A stretch of 64,000 nt of DNA from a virus, in the IMG/VR virus record IMGVR_UViG_2931133163_000005. One strand, 5' to 3'. The notes below the pieces were generated by a model. The model searched no databases, was not told the DNA's origin, and saw only the letters and a program-made list of their open reading frames with translations. Every line of letters starts with the position of its first letter. Within the stretch, counting starts at the first letter, position 1. The position numbers and the translations under genes were made by a program. This document shows positions 34,527-44,279 of the stretch, in pieces.

Positions 34527-35393
34527 ATGAGCTTGCAGGCGGTTTCGGGCTCGCGCCGCGTGGCCCGTCTGCGGGCACGGAATAAAGTCCAGGCAGAGGC
34601 GAAGGCCACGGCCTCGACCCGCGCGGTGATCTACACCCGGGTCAGCACGGACGAGCAGGTCACGGGCCACGGGCTCGAGGCGCAAGAGCGCGCGGTCCGC
34701 GCGTTCGCCGAGAGCCAGAGCTACGAGGTCGTCGGGATCGTCTCCGATCCGGGCGTCTCCGGCGCGGTTCGCCCCGCGGATCGCCCGGGGTTCGCGACGA
34801 TCCTGCAGATGGCCGAGGCGCGCAGCTTCGAGATCCTGCTGGTCGCCAAGATCGACCGCCTGTCGCGCGATGTGCGGCACGCGCTGATGACGGTCTCCGA
34901 TCTGGCCGAGTTGCACGGCGTGGCCTTCCGGTCCGTGACCGAGGCCGTGATCGACACGTCCAACTCGATCGGGCGGATGTTCTTCACCTTCTTCGCCGGC
35001 ATGGCGGAGCAGGAGCGCTACCTGATCCGCGACCGCACCGCGGGCGGGCGCACCACCAAGGCTCGGAAGGGCGGCTTCGCCGGCGGCCAGGCGCCCTACG
35101 GCTATGAACGCGACCTGGAGGGCGGCCTCCGGATCGTCCCGGCCCAAGCGAAGGTCGTCCGCCGCATCTTCGAGGCCCGGAAGCGCAAGACGACGCTGAA
35201 GGCGATCGCCGAAGCGCTGAACGCCGACGGCATCCCGGCGCCGAAGGGCGGCCGCTGGTCCATCTCGACGGTCGCCTACGTGACCGACAACATGAAGTAC
35301 CGCGGCGCCATCGAGTACCTGTTCCGCTGGAACGGGCAGGAAACCCACGTGCTCGCCGACGGCGACCATGAAGCCATCGTGAAGTCGCCATGA
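34527..35393 (+). CDS. Serine recombinase (resolvase domain + recombinase domain)
   Basis: AVIYTRVSTDEQ, DPGVSG, RPGF, KIDRLSRD, MAEQER..IRDRTAGG, GGQAPYGY. Confidence 0.95.
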   Translation: MSLQAVSGSRRVARLRARNKVQAEAKATASTRAVIYTRVSTDEQVTGHGLEAQERAVRAFAESQSYEVVGIVSDPGVSGAVRPADRPGFATILQMAEARSFEILLVAKIDRLSRDVRHALMTVSDLAELHGVAFRSVTEAVIDTSNSIGRMFFTFFAGMAEQERYLIRDRTAGGRTTKARKGGFAGGQAPYGYERDLEGGLRIVPAQAKVVRRIFEARKRKTTLKAIAEALNADGIPAPKGGRWSISTVAYVTDNMKYRGAIEYLFRWNGQETHVLADGDHEAIVKSP

Positions 35394-35812
35394 CCTGTCC
35401 GAACTGCCCCGCCAGCCGCGCCGGTGCCTGCGGCCGCCAGGGCTGCCGCGAGCGCCTCGCGGAACTCCGCGTGGCGACCGTCGTCGGTCCCGCCCGGGAC
35501 GAGATGCTGCAGGCCGCCCGCGCAGAGCTTGGCCTCTTTCGCCTCTTGCTGCCCGAGGATGACTTCGCCCCACAGCTCGCCCGCCTCGACCTCCAAGAGG
35601 GCGACATCGTCACGGTGCGCACCCGCTCCAAGCTCGACGCCGACAAGGCCAAGCGATGGCAGGACGGCTTGGAGAAGCTGATCCGCGCGCAGGGCTGGCG
35701 CGACGTCGGGGTGCTCATCCTCGATGACTGCACCGACCTGACGGTCGACCGGCCGACCACGCGCCCCGCGCAGCAGCGCCGGGAGTTTCCGCAACCGATG
35801 CAGGGCTGCTGA
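35390..35812 (+). CDS. Hypothetical protein
   Basis: ATGA overlap; N-terminal CPNC..CG..GC. Confidence 0.6.
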   Translation: MTCPNCPASRAGACGRQGCRERLAELRVATVVGPARDEMLQAARAELGLFRLLLPEDDFAPQLARLDLQEGDIVTVRTRSKLDADKAKRWQDGLEKLIRAQGWRDVGVLILDDCTDLTVDRPTTRPAQQRREFPQPMQGC

Positions 35813-35814
35813 TC

Positions 35815-36033
35815 ATGCCGAAGGCAACGGACCAAGAGATCCTGGCAGCCTCGTACGCTCTCCGCGTGGCGCGCGCCGATCTCAATGTCGCGTTCGATGC
35901 CGAAATGGCGGCGGAGCGGGAACTCGTCGCCCGGCGTCAGGCCCGTGACGAGGCTCGGAGCGTCGCGGATCGGGCCCACCGCGAGTTCGATCGTCTGCTC
36001 GAGCTGCGCGATCATCCGTCCGAACAGGCATGA
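35815..36033 (+). CDS. Small helical protein
   Basis: 72-aa ORF. Confidence 0.6.
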   Translation: MPKATDQEILAASYALRVARADLNVAFDAEMAAERELVARRQARDEARSVADRAHREFDRLLELRDHPSEQA

Positions 36034-36110
36034 CATGGCCGCGCAGACGCTGACGATCCTCGATCCGGTCTCGGGCGAGCTGAAGACGATCACGGTCGGG
36101 CGCTGATCCC

Positions 36111-36840
36111 ATGCTGAAGCTCGACGCCAGCGAGTTCGGCCTCAAGGCCGAGGCCGTTGGCCGAGCTGGCCCGGCAGGTGCCGTTCGTCGCCGCGGTCGC
36201 ACTGACCAACGCGATGAAGGACGCACGGGAGGCCGAGCGCGAGACCATGCGGTCCGTGTTCGACCAGCCGTCGAGGTTCACGCTCAACAGCCTGATGGTC
36301 CGGCCGGCCACGAAGCAACGCCTCCAGGCAGAGCTCGGCTTCAAGGAAGGCAGCGGGTCGATCCCGGCCTGGAAGTTCCTCGGGCCTCAGGTCGCCGGCG
36401 GCACGCGCCGCCACAAGCGGTTCGAGGTCCTGCTGATCCGCAAGGGTCTGATGCTTGCGGGCGAGTTCGCGGTGCCCAGCACGCGCTGTCCGCGGGACGG
36501 CAACGGCAACGTGTCGGGCGCCTTCATCACCCGCATGCTCTCGGCGCTCGGGGCACAGTCGGACCGGTACCAGAACACCACGGCGCGCTCGAAGCGCCGC
36601 AACGTCGGGCGGAACGTCGAGTACATCGTCTTCCGCAACCACGGTAAGGCACCGGACGGGATCTACCTTCAGAAGGAGAAGTGGGCGGTGCCCATCTTCC
36701 TGTTCGTGAAGGGCGTCAGCTACTCCAAGCGCTTCCCCTACTACGAGAAGGCGGGCGCCGTGGTGCCGGCCGCGTACCGGAAGCACTTCCGGGCGGCCTG
36801 GGAGCGCTTCGTCGTCAACGACGTGCGCCGGAAGAGCTGA
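36111..36840 (+). CDS. Conserved pre-terminase phage protein with an apparent +1 frameshift near 36155
   Basis: MLKLDASEFGLKAEA joins in +1 to LAELARQVPFVAAVALT..VFDQPSRFTLNSL. Confidence 0.6.
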
Positions 36841-36951
36841 CCGGACGGCGGCCGCCAGCGGCCCGCGAAGGCCACGGGAGGGCCATCCGGGCGCCCGAGG
36901 GGCGGGCCGGAGGGCCGAGGGGTGCCTCACCCCCCTCCCCGGCCAAATCCA

Positions 36952-36996
36952 GGGTCCTTCCGGGAGGGGGGTGCCGGTGAGGGGAATTCGGACCCC
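36952..36996 (+). other. Putative cos region (cosQ + cosN)
   Basis: GGGTCCT at 36952-36958 equals lambda cosQ; GGGGTGCCG-[12 nt]-CGGACCCC follows; directly upstream of the nu1-like gene. Confidence 0.55.
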
Positions 36997-37041
36997 ATCG
37001 GTTCACCCTCTGAGAAATTTTGAAAACAGGGGTTGTTGTTG

Positions 37042-37620
37042 ATGTCCGGCGCCATCGACGGCCGGCTCGTAAACCGCGCCGACCTCGCCGGGATCTTCGG
37101 CGTCAGCGTCAACACGGTGACGAGCTGGATCGAGAAGGGCTGCCCCTACGTCGAGCGCGGCAGCAACGGCGTGGAGTGGCAGTTCGACACAGCCGCCGTG
37201 ATCGACTGGAAGGTTCAGCGCGCCGTCGAGAACGTGGCGATGAGCGCCAGCGACGACGGCACGAGGGACAGCAGCAAGGCTCGGCGCGAGGACGCGGATT
37301 GCCGCCGCGCGGTGGCCAATGCGATCGTCGCCGAGATCAGCGCCGACGAGGCGCTGAAGGCGGTGGTGTCCCGCCATGACGCGGTCGCCGACATGGCGAC
37401 CTTCTGCCAGGTCCTCCGGACCGGCCTCTCGAACATGGCCTCCAAGGTCGCCGGACGGGCGGCCACGATGACCAACGCCTCCGAGATCGAGGCGATGGCC
37501 AAGGCCGAGATGAACCGAGCCTTCACGGCCGCCCGCGAGGAAATCGCCCGGCGGTGGTTTGCAGGACGCGAACCCGACGATGACGCTGGCGGAGCGGATA
37601 GGAACCCACCGGCGGGGTGA
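37042..37620 (+). CDS. nu1: Terminase small subunit (Nu1-like)
   Basis: VNRADLAGIFGVSVNTVTSWIEKGCP..G.EWQFDTAAVIDW resembles the lambda gpNu1 wHTH. Confidence 0.92.
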   Translation: MSGAIDGRLVNRADLAGIFGVSVNTVTSWIEKGCPYVERGSNGVEWQFDTAAVIDWKVQRAVENVAMSASDDGTRDSSKARREDADCRRAVANAIVAEISADEALKAVVSRHDAVADMATFCQVLRTGLSNMASKVAGRAATMTNASEIEAMAKAEMNRAFTAAREEIARRWFAGREPDDDAGGADRNPPAG

Positions 37621-39640
37621 GTACCCGGCCGGTCGCGACGCGACGCGCACCGAGCTGGACCAGCTTTTCGACGAGGCCCTCGTCTTCAAGCCGCATATGT
37701 CCGGCTCGGAGTGGGCGGAGGAGCACGGCCGGATCCCGAAGAGCACGGGCTCCGAGAGCGGGCCGGTCACCCTCTACGGGTACCAGCGCGGCCTCATGGA
37801 CGCGATGTGCGATCCGACGCTGCCGCTGGTCACTGTCCTGAAGGCGGCCCGCGTCGGCTACACCCGACTCGCCACCCTGGCGATCGGCTACCACCTGCAT
37901 CAGGACCCGACGCTCTGCGCGGTCGCGCAGCCGGTCGAGGACGACGCGGAGGAGTTCGGCGCCACCGAGATCGCGCCGATGCTGCGCGAGACCCCGGTGC
38001 TCGCGAAGATGCTACGGCCCGTCCGCAAGGGCGAGAAGCAGGACTCGGCGACCTTCTACCAGCTGTCGAACGGCGCCCTCGTGCGCGTCGTCGGCGCGGC
38101 TTCGGACGACGCGTTCCGACGCTACTCGGCCCGGTTCCTATTCGCCGACGAGATCGACGGCGACGGCTGGACGCCCGGTGCCAAGACGCAGGGCGACAAG
38201 CTCAAGCTGTTCTGGACCCGCGGTGAGACCTTCTACAACCGAAAGCAGGTCCGAGGCTCGACCCCGCTCCTCGAGGAGACGAGCCGGGTCTGGAAGCTCT
38301 GGCTGGTCTCGGACCAGCGGCGCTACTTCGTGCCCTGCCCGCAATGCTCGGAGGCCGCCGGCGAGCTCGACGGCTGGCAGTATCTGGACTGGGGCGGAAA
38401 GGACACGCCGCACGGTCTGAAGTGGGATCTGAACGAGGACCGCTCGCTCAAGTCCGTCTGGTACCAAGGCACCTGCGGCTGCATCATCGATGAGGGCAGC
38501 AAGGCCTGGATGGACGCCCACGGCGAATGGCGGGCGACCGCGACGCCGAAGACGCCCGGGCACGCCGGCTTCCATCTCTGGACCGGCATGTCGCTCAACG
38601 TGAACGCCGCCTGGCCGGTGATCGTGCAGGAATGGCTGGAAGCCCAGGACGATCCCGCGAACCTCGTCCAGCCGTTCGTGAACCTGCGCCTCGGCCGGCC
38701 GTACCGGCAGACCTACGGCCAGGAGATCAAGCCGACGGCGTTCCTGGAGCGCTGCGAGGAATACGGCGCCGAGGTCCCGGACTTCGTCACCACCCTAACG
38801 CTGGGGGGCGACGTCCAGTCCGGCGCCAACGCCCGCATCGAGGGCGGCATCTGGGGCTGGGGCCCCGGCCTGGAGAGTGCCCTGATCGGCCATTTCGTCC
38901 TGATGGGCGATCCGGCCGAGCCCGGCGTCTGGCAGTCCCTCGACGCCCTGCTGAAGCGGACCTTCCGCAAGGCCGACGGCACCGAGCTGCGCGTGAGAGC
39001 GGCCGCCATCGACTCCGGCGGCCACCACACGGCTGAGACCTACGCCTTCTGCACCGAGCGCCGGAAGCGCAAGGTCTGGGCGATCAAGGGCAAGTCAGAG
39101 GCGCGGGGCGCTCGCACCAAGGTGTGGCCGCGGCTCGCGTCCACGAAGCTCGGCTCGTCCTGGTACATGATCGGCGGCAACGCCGCCCGCGACTTCGCCT
39201 ACGGCTCGCTGCCGCTGGTCGATCCCGGCCCGCGCTACGTCCACTTCCCGCTGGTGCCGGCGCGCGGCTCCCGGCCGATCGACGCCGAGTACTTCGAGCA
39301 GCTGACCCGCGAGAAGCTCGTGGTGCGACGGCAGGGCTTCACCGAGTGGGACAAGCCGAAGGTCCCGCGCGAGGCCGGCGTGTGCTTCGTCTACGCCTAC
39401 GTGGCGATGTGCGGGCTTCAGAGCCTGTCCCGCCGCTACGTGGCGCTGGGCAAGATGCCCGAACGCGAAGAGCCTGAGGAGCCGCTGGACGACGAGCCGG
39501 CGGCCGAGCCGGGTCAGGCCGTCGTCGTGGCGCCGCCGGCCGAACGACCGGCGCCCCGCCCCGTGGTGGTGCAGCGCGCCGAACCCAAGAAATCGTCGGC
39601 GCCCAAGCCGCCCGGGAAAAGGCCGTCGACATGGCTGTAG
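37559..39640 (+). CDS. Terminase large subunit (GpA family)
   Basis: LKAARVGYT, DEIDG, GSTP, RRYFVPCPQC, GGDVQ, AIDSGG, WAIKG. Confidence 0.97.
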   Translation: MQDANPTMTLAERIGTHRRGEYPAGRDATRTELDQLFDEALVFKPHMSGSEWAEEHGRIPKSTGSESGPVTLYGYQRGLMDAMCDPTLPLVTVLKAARVGYTRLATLAIGYHLHQDPTLCAVAQPVEDDAEEFGATEIAPMLRETPVLAKMLRPVRKGEKQDSATFYQLSNGALVRVVGAASDDAFRRYSARFLFADEIDGDGWTPGAKTQGDKLKLFWTRGETFYNRKQVRGSTPLLEETSRVWKLWLVSDQRRYFVPCPQCSEAAGELDGWQYLDWGGKDTPHGLKWDLNEDRSLKSVWYQGTCGCIIDEGSKAWMDAHGEWRATATPKTPGHAGFHLWTGMSLNVNAAWPVIVQEWLEAQDDPANLVQPFVNLRLGRPYRQTYGQEIKPTAFLERCEEYGAEVPDFVTTLTLGGDVQSGANARIEGGIWGWGPGLESALIGHFVLMGDPAEPGVWQSLDALLKRTFRKADGTELRVRAAAIDSGGHHTAETYAFCTERRKRKVWAIKGKSEARGARTKVWPRLASTKLGSSWYMIGGNAARDFAYGSLPLVDPGPRYVHFPLVPARGSRPIDAEYFEQLTREKLVVRRQGFTEWDKPKVPREAGVCFVYAYVAMCGLQSLSRRYVALGKMPEREEPEEPLDDEPAAEPGQAVVVAPPAERPAPRPVVVQRAEPKKSSAPKPPGKRPSTWL

Positions 39641-39861
39641 ACTACGCGGCCCGGATCACGGCGATCGAGGACGCGCTCGCGCAGGGCGTCCTCACCGTCA
39701 GCTACGAGGGCAAGTCGGCGAGCTATCGCTCGTTCGAGGAGATGCTGAAGATCCTGGGCTATCTGCGTCGCCAGCTCGCGCGGGCGAACGGGCAGCGCGT
39801 GTCGAACGTCGGCCTAGCGAGCTTCGATCGCGGCTACACCCGTCGCGGGTGGCGCTGCTGA
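39631..39861 (+). CDS. Head-tail joining protein gpW-like
   Basis: GVLTVSYEGKSASYRSFEEM; lies between terL and portal. Confidence 0.85.
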   Translation: MAVDYAARITAIEDALAQGVLTVSYEGKSASYRSFEEMLKILGYLRRQLARANGQRVSNVGLASFDRGYTRRGWRC

Positions 39862-41537
39862 TGGCCGGCGAGGTCAAGGTCGCGGGCCCGAAACCGGACC
39901 GCGCAGGCGCTCCCTGCGCGCGGCGGCGCTCCTACGAGGCCGCGCAGCGCAGCCGCAACGGCGATACCTGGCTCGGCGCCGTCCGCTCGGCCGACGCAGA
40001 GCTCTACAACGAGGCCCGGACCCTGCGCGACAAGTCGCGCTGGCTCGTGCGCAACAACCCCTATGCCGCGAAGGCCACCGCGAGCCTCGTGTCGAACGTC
40101 GTCGGCGAGGGCATCGTGCCCCGGCCGGTCACCGGCTCGCCCTCGCGGGATCGCAAGATCTGGGAGGCCTTCCAGCGCTGGTCGTTTCGCTGCGATCACG
40201 CCGGGCAGCTCGATTTCTACGGCCTGCAGGCGCTGCTGTTCCGGGAGATGGTCGAGGGCGGCGACTCCCTGATCCGCCGCCGGTACGTGAAGAAGCGCGG
40301 CAAGGGAGACGTGCCGCTGGAGCTTCAGCTCCTCGAGGCCGATTTTCTCGACCCGATGCGCAACGGCGTGCTGCGCGAGGGCGGCCTGACGATCCAGGGC
40401 GTCGAGATCGACATGGCGAGCCAGAAGCGGCGCGCCTACTGGCTCTACCCCTACCACCCGGGCAACCTGCCGTACTTCTACGGCGGCGAGCCGATGATCT
40501 CCGCGCCCGTGCCGGCCGAGGAGGTTCTGCACGTCTACGAGCTGCAGCGGACCCAGACGCGCGGTGTCCCGTGGGGCACGCCGGCGATGGAGCCGACGAA
40601 CCTGCTCTCGGACTACGAACTCGCCGAGAGCGTTCGGAAGAAAACCGAGGCGTGCGTCGTCGGCTTCGTGCTCGGCGCCGATGACGACGACGAGGACAAC
40701 CTCGGCCTGCGGGTCCAGGACTCCGACGGACGCGAGGTTGAGCGCTTCGAACCGGGCATGATCCCGCGGCTGCACGGCGCGAAGGACGTGAAGTTCAACG
40801 CGCCGACCGCCGTCGGCGGCTATGGCGAGTACAAAACGAAGCGCCTCCAGGAGATCGCGGCCGGCTGGCGAATGCCCGCTGAGTTGATCTCGGGCGACCT
40901 GTCCGAGGTGAACTTCTCCTCGATGCGGGGCGGCCTGGTCGAGTTCCGGCGCCTCGTCGGCACGATCCAGTGGCAGATCCTGATCCAGATGGCGCTCCAG
41001 CCGATCTGGGAATGGTGGTGCGAGGCCGCCTACCTCGCGGGCGTAATCGACCTTCCGTACGTGCCGGTCGAGTGGTCGCCGCCCGAGTTCGCCTGGGTCG
41101 ACCCGCTGGCCGACGCCCAGACCGCGGCCATCGAGGTCCGCAACGGTTTCCGCACCTGGCAGGACGTCGTGGCCGAGAAGGGGCGCAACCCCGACGACGT
41201 CCTCGACGGCATCCGCGCCTTCAACGTGAAGGTCGACGACCTTGGCATCATCCTCGACTCGGACCCGCGGCGCACCAATGCCAAGGGGGTCCAGCAACCC
41301 GAACAGGACGAGGCCGCGGGCGAAGAGCCCGAGCTCTCCCGCCCGAACCGGGGCGCCACCCGCGGCCGAAGGGGTCGTGCAGCTTCCGCAATTCGACCGC
41401 CTGGCGGCCGTGCGCGCGGAGAGCTTCGACGCGGACAGCAACACGATCGAGATCGTCTGGACCACGGGCGCGAGCGTCCGTCGCTACGACTGGTGGGACG
41501 GGACCGAGTACGACGAGGTCCTGTCGGTCGACCCTAA
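39861..41537 (+). CDS. Portal protein, lambda family
   Basis: LRDKSRWLVRNNPYA, QLLEADFLD, QTRGVPW, GDLSEVNFSSMRGG, WVDPLAD. Confidence 0.95.
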   Translation: MAGEVKVAGPKPDRAGAPCARRRSYEAAQRSRNGDTWLGAVRSADAELYNEARTLRDKSRWLVRNNPYAAKATASLVSNVVGEGIVPRPVTGSPSRDRKIWEAFQRWSFRCDHAGQLDFYGLQALLFREMVEGGDSLIRRRYVKKRGKGDVPLELQLLEADFLDPMRNGVLREGGLTIQGVEIDMASQKRRAYWLYPYHPGNLPYFYGGEPMISAPVPAEEVLHVYELQRTQTRGVPWGTPAMEPTNLLSDYELAESVRKKTEACVVGFVLGADDDDEDNLGLRVQDSDGREVERFEPGMIPRLHGAKDVKFNAPTAVGGYGEYKTKRLQEIAAGWRMPAELISGDLSEVNFSSMRGGLVEFRRLVGTIQWQILIQMALQPIWEWWCEAAYLAGVIDLPYVPVEWSPPEFAWVDPLADAQTAAIEVRNGFRTWQDVVAEKGRNPDDVLDGIRAFNVKVDDLGIILDSDPRRTNAKGVQQPEQDEAAGEEPELSRPNRGATRGRRGRAASAIRPPGGRARGELRRGQQHDRDRLDHGRERPSLRLVGRDRVRRGPVGRP

Positions 41538-42660
41538 GGCGATCAGGCTGGAGCGCCTCAACCTCGGCGCGCCCTTCCTCGACAGCCACTGCTCCTACGG
41601 CTGCGACAACGTCATCGGCGCGGTCGTGCCCGGCTCGGCCAAGATCGAGGATGGCCGCGGGCTCGCCCGCATCCAGCTCTCGAAGGCGCCGGGCGTCGCC
41701 GACACGGTCCAGAAGATCCGCGAAGGCGTCATCCGCAACGTCAGCGTCGGCTACTGGGTCCACAAGGTCGAGAAGACCGAGGCCGACGACGGCACGGTCG
41801 CCCGCTGGGACGTCGTGGACTGGGAGCCGCTGGAGATCTCCGCGGTCCCGATCCCGGCCGACGCCGCCTCTCAGATCCGTTCCGACCAGGCCGAAGGCGA
41901 GAGCCCGAAGCTCCGCGCCTGCCTGGTCGTCACCCGCAACCCGGCCTCCGGGCCATCCCCGAAGACCCGAGGAGACAAGTCCATGGCCGGTAAGCCCAGC
42001 AAGCCCAAGTCCCAGCGCGCCAAGACCCCGGCCGAACTCGAGGCCGAGAAGAAGCGCCTCGCCGCGGCCCGCAGCGCCGCCGCCCGGAAGGCGGCGGCCC
42101 GGGCCGCGCGCGAGGACGAGTGCGACACCGACGAGGATGCGGACGGCGATGCCGAGCGCGACGAGGACCAGGACGAGGAGCGCGATTGCGACGACGGCGA
42201 GGATGGCGATGCCTGCTCGGACGACGAGCGCGACTGCGACGACGACGATGCCGAGGACGATGAGGATCGTGACGGCGAAGACGACGAGGACGACGGAGAA
42301 TGCGAGCGCGCCGCGCCGAAGCCCGGCAAGCGCAAGGCCCTGACCGCCGCCGAGGTCCGCAAGGCGGCCGAGGTCGCGGTGCGCGCCGATCGCGTCCGCG
42401 GCGCCAAGATCCGCGAGATCGCCAAGCAGTTCGGCTTCCCGAACCTCGGCGAGCGACACGCCAACGGCGAGACCTCGGTGCGCGCCTTCAAGGATCTCGT
42501 GCTCGAGCGCCTGGCCGATCGCCAGAAGAAGCGCGGCAATACCACCTTCGCGGCCGCCTCGGCGGCCGGCGTGGGCGAGGAATACCGCGGCGCGGTGCCC
42601 GCCGCCCGCGACTTCGAGAAGGGTGCCGCCGAGGCACGCGCCCTGCTCGGCAAGAAGTAA
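41278..42660 (+). CDS. Prohead protease (HK97-like) fused to an acidic scaffold-like region
   Basis: PFLDSH, IRNVSVGY, WEPLEISAVPIPAD; long D/E/C tract. Start may be GTG ~41376. Confidence 0.88.
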   Translation: MPRGSSNPNRTRPRAKSPSSPARTGAPPAAEGVVQLPQFDRLAAVRAESFDADSNTIEIVWTTGASVRRYDWWDGTEYDEVLSVDPKAIRLERLNLGAPFLDSHCSYGCDNVIGAVVPGSAKIEDGRGLARIQLSKAPGVADTVQKIREGVIRNVSVGYWVHKVEKTEADDGTVARWDVVDWEPLEISAVPIPADAASQIRSDQAEGESPKLRACLVVTRNPASGPSPKTRGDKSMAGKPSKPKSQRAKTPAELEAEKKRLAAARSAAARKAAARAAREDECDTDEDADGDAERDEDQDEERDCDDGEDGDACSDDERDCDDDDAEDDEDRDGEDDEDDGECERAAPKPGKRKALTAAEVRKAAEVAVRADRVRGAKIREIAKQFGFPNLGERHANGETSVRAFKDLVLERLADRQKKRGNTTFAAASAAGVGEEYRGAVPAARDFEKGAAEARALLGKK

Positions 42661-42696
42661 TCGGCGCCCACAGCGCACAGCGAAGGATCCCCCGCG

Positions 42697-43089
42697 ATGG
42701 GCACCAGCAACGTTTACGCCTCCTACGACCCGACGGCGCTCTTCGCGGGCGCCTTCCCGGTCCGCCACCGCCCGGTCACCGTCGCCAGCGGCTCCAACGC
42801 CGCCGGCGCGCCGCTGAAGCGCGGCACCCTGCTCGGCCGCGTCACCGCGACCGATAAGTACGTCCCCTGCGTCGCCACCGTGAACGACGGTAGCCAGGTC
42901 CCGGCCGCGGTCCTGGCCGCCGACCTCGACGCGTCGGTCGCCGACGCCGTCGGCCCCGCCTACTTCGAGGGTGAGTTCGCCGGCGAGATCATGACGATCG
43001 ACGCGTCCTGGACGATCCAGACGCTGCAGGCGTCCCTCCGGCAGAACAAGGCCGACCTCTACGTCCGCACCGTGGGCGTCCTCGGCTGA
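42697..43089 (+). CDS. Head decoration protein (gpD-like)
   Basis: LKRGTLLGRVTATDKY..DGSQVPAAVLA..YFEGEF. Confidence 0.88.
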   Translation: MGTSNVYASYDPTALFAGAFPVRHRPVTVASGSNAAGAPLKRGTLLGRVTATDKYVPCVATVNDGSQVPAAVLAADLDASVADAVGPAYFEGEFAGEIMTIDASWTIQTLQASLRQNKADLYVRTVGVLG

Positions 43090-43118
43090 TCCGCTTCCAC
43101 CCATCCCGGTAGATCGCA

Positions 43119-43144
43119 GGGCCCCGTCGCGGGCCCTTTTCTTT
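43119..43144 (+). terminator. Intra-operon terminator hairpin
   Basis: GGGCCC-cgtcgc-GGGCCC-TTTTCTTTT. Confidence 0.6.
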
Positions 43145-43158
43145 TGGAGCCCGCGATC

Positions 43159-44199
43159 ATGGCGATCGACTACAATTCCACCGCCCAGCTGCTCGGCGCC
43201 TTCGGCGTCCTCGACAAGGCCAAGCCCGTCCTCCTGAACCTGTTCTTCACGATGGAACAGGTGTTCGATACCGAGGAGGTCTACTTCGACAAGGTGCAGC
43301 GCGCCCGGCGCTTGGCCCCCTTCGTGGTGCCGACCGTCGAGGGCAAACCGCAGCGCTCGCGCGGCTACACCACGATGGGCTTCCGTCCGCCCTACGTGAA
43401 GCCGCTCCACATGATCGAGCCGCAGAAGATGCTGAAGCGCCGCGTCGGCGAACAGCTGCTCGGCAATATGACCCCGACCCAGCGGTTCGAGCTCGCGCTC
43501 TACGACAACATGCTGATCGAGGACGACGAGATCACCCGGACCGAGGAGTGGATGGCCGCGCAGCTGCTGCTCAACGGCGCCATGACCTGTCAGGGTGAGG
43601 ATCACCCGCCGGTGCTGGTCGACCTCAACCGCAACGCCGCCCACACCGTCGCGCTCACTGGCGCGCTGCGCTGGAACCAGACGGGCGTCGACCCGTACCA
43701 GAACATGCGCACCTGGGCGAAGACGGTGCAGCGCAACTCGGGCTTCCACCCGGGCGTGGTCGTGTTCGACCCGCTGGCGGCCGATTACTTCCTCAACAGC
43801 CCGGGCGTCACCCGGGTGATGAACACCTACCGGCAGACCTCCGGCAACGTCGACCTCGCCGGCAAGGTGACGGGCGGCGGCCTCGGCGAGGAGGTGAAGT
43901 ACCTCGGCTCGATCGGCGAGTTCGACTGCTTCCAGTACCAGCAGCTCTACACGGATGCCGCGGGCAACGTGCAGCAGTTCATGCCGGACAACACGGTGAT
44001 CATGGGCAACACGGTCGGCTGCCAGGGCATCCGTACCTACGGCGCGATCATGGACGCCGATGCCGGCCTCGCCCCGCTCGCCCGCTTCCCGAGCGTGTGG
44101 AAGGAGAAGAACCCCTCCGCGTGGTTCTCGATGATGCAGTCGGCGCCCCTGCCGCTGCTCGGCTGGGTCGACGCGACCTTCTCCGCGACCGTCGCCTGA
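43159..44199 (+). CDS. Major capsid protein (lambda gpE family)
   Basis: FDTEEVYFD, LAPFV.P.VEG, FRPPYVKP, EEWMAAQLL, MMQSAPLP. Confidence 0.95.
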   Translation: MAIDYNSTAQLLGAFGVLDKAKPVLLNLFFTMEQVFDTEEVYFDKVQRARRLAPFVVPTVEGKPQRSRGYTTMGFRPPYVKPLHMIEPQKMLKRRVGEQLLGNMTPTQRFELALYDNMLIEDDEITRTEEWMAAQLLLNGAMTCQGEDHPPVLVDLNRNAAHTVALTGALRWNQTGVDPYQNMRTWAKTVQRNSGFHPGVVVFDPLAADYFLNSPGVTRVMNTYRQTSGNVDLAGKVTGGGLGEEVKYLGSIGEFDCFQYQQLYTDAAGNVQQFMPDNTVIMGNTVGCQGIRTYGAIMDADAGLAPLARFPSVWKEKNPSAWFSMMQSAPLPLLGWVDATFSATVA

Positions 44200-44279
44200 C
44201 GCCTCCGCGCCCCTGATCCGGCGGCGCCCCTGACGGCGCCGCCTCGCCTGCAACCCTGAGATCGCGAGGGCCTCGACCC

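Noticed and set aside
34527-35393. Serine recombinase as the phage integrase or as a Gin-type tail-fibre invertase
   Set aside because: Too short for a typical large serine integrase and located mid-genome; about 21 kb from the fibres; no paired inverted sites seen around them.
42110-42305. GACGAG-rich repeats as a possible CRISPR array or VNTR
   Set aside because: No constant repeat with unique spacers; it is coding low-complexity sequence.
41248-44253. 1001-aa minus-strand ORF and similar long antisense ORFs (1462-3042, 45520-47370, 17063-18703, 39834-41465)
   Set aside because: Shadow ORFs opposite well-supported genes in high-GC DNA; no recognisable motifs.
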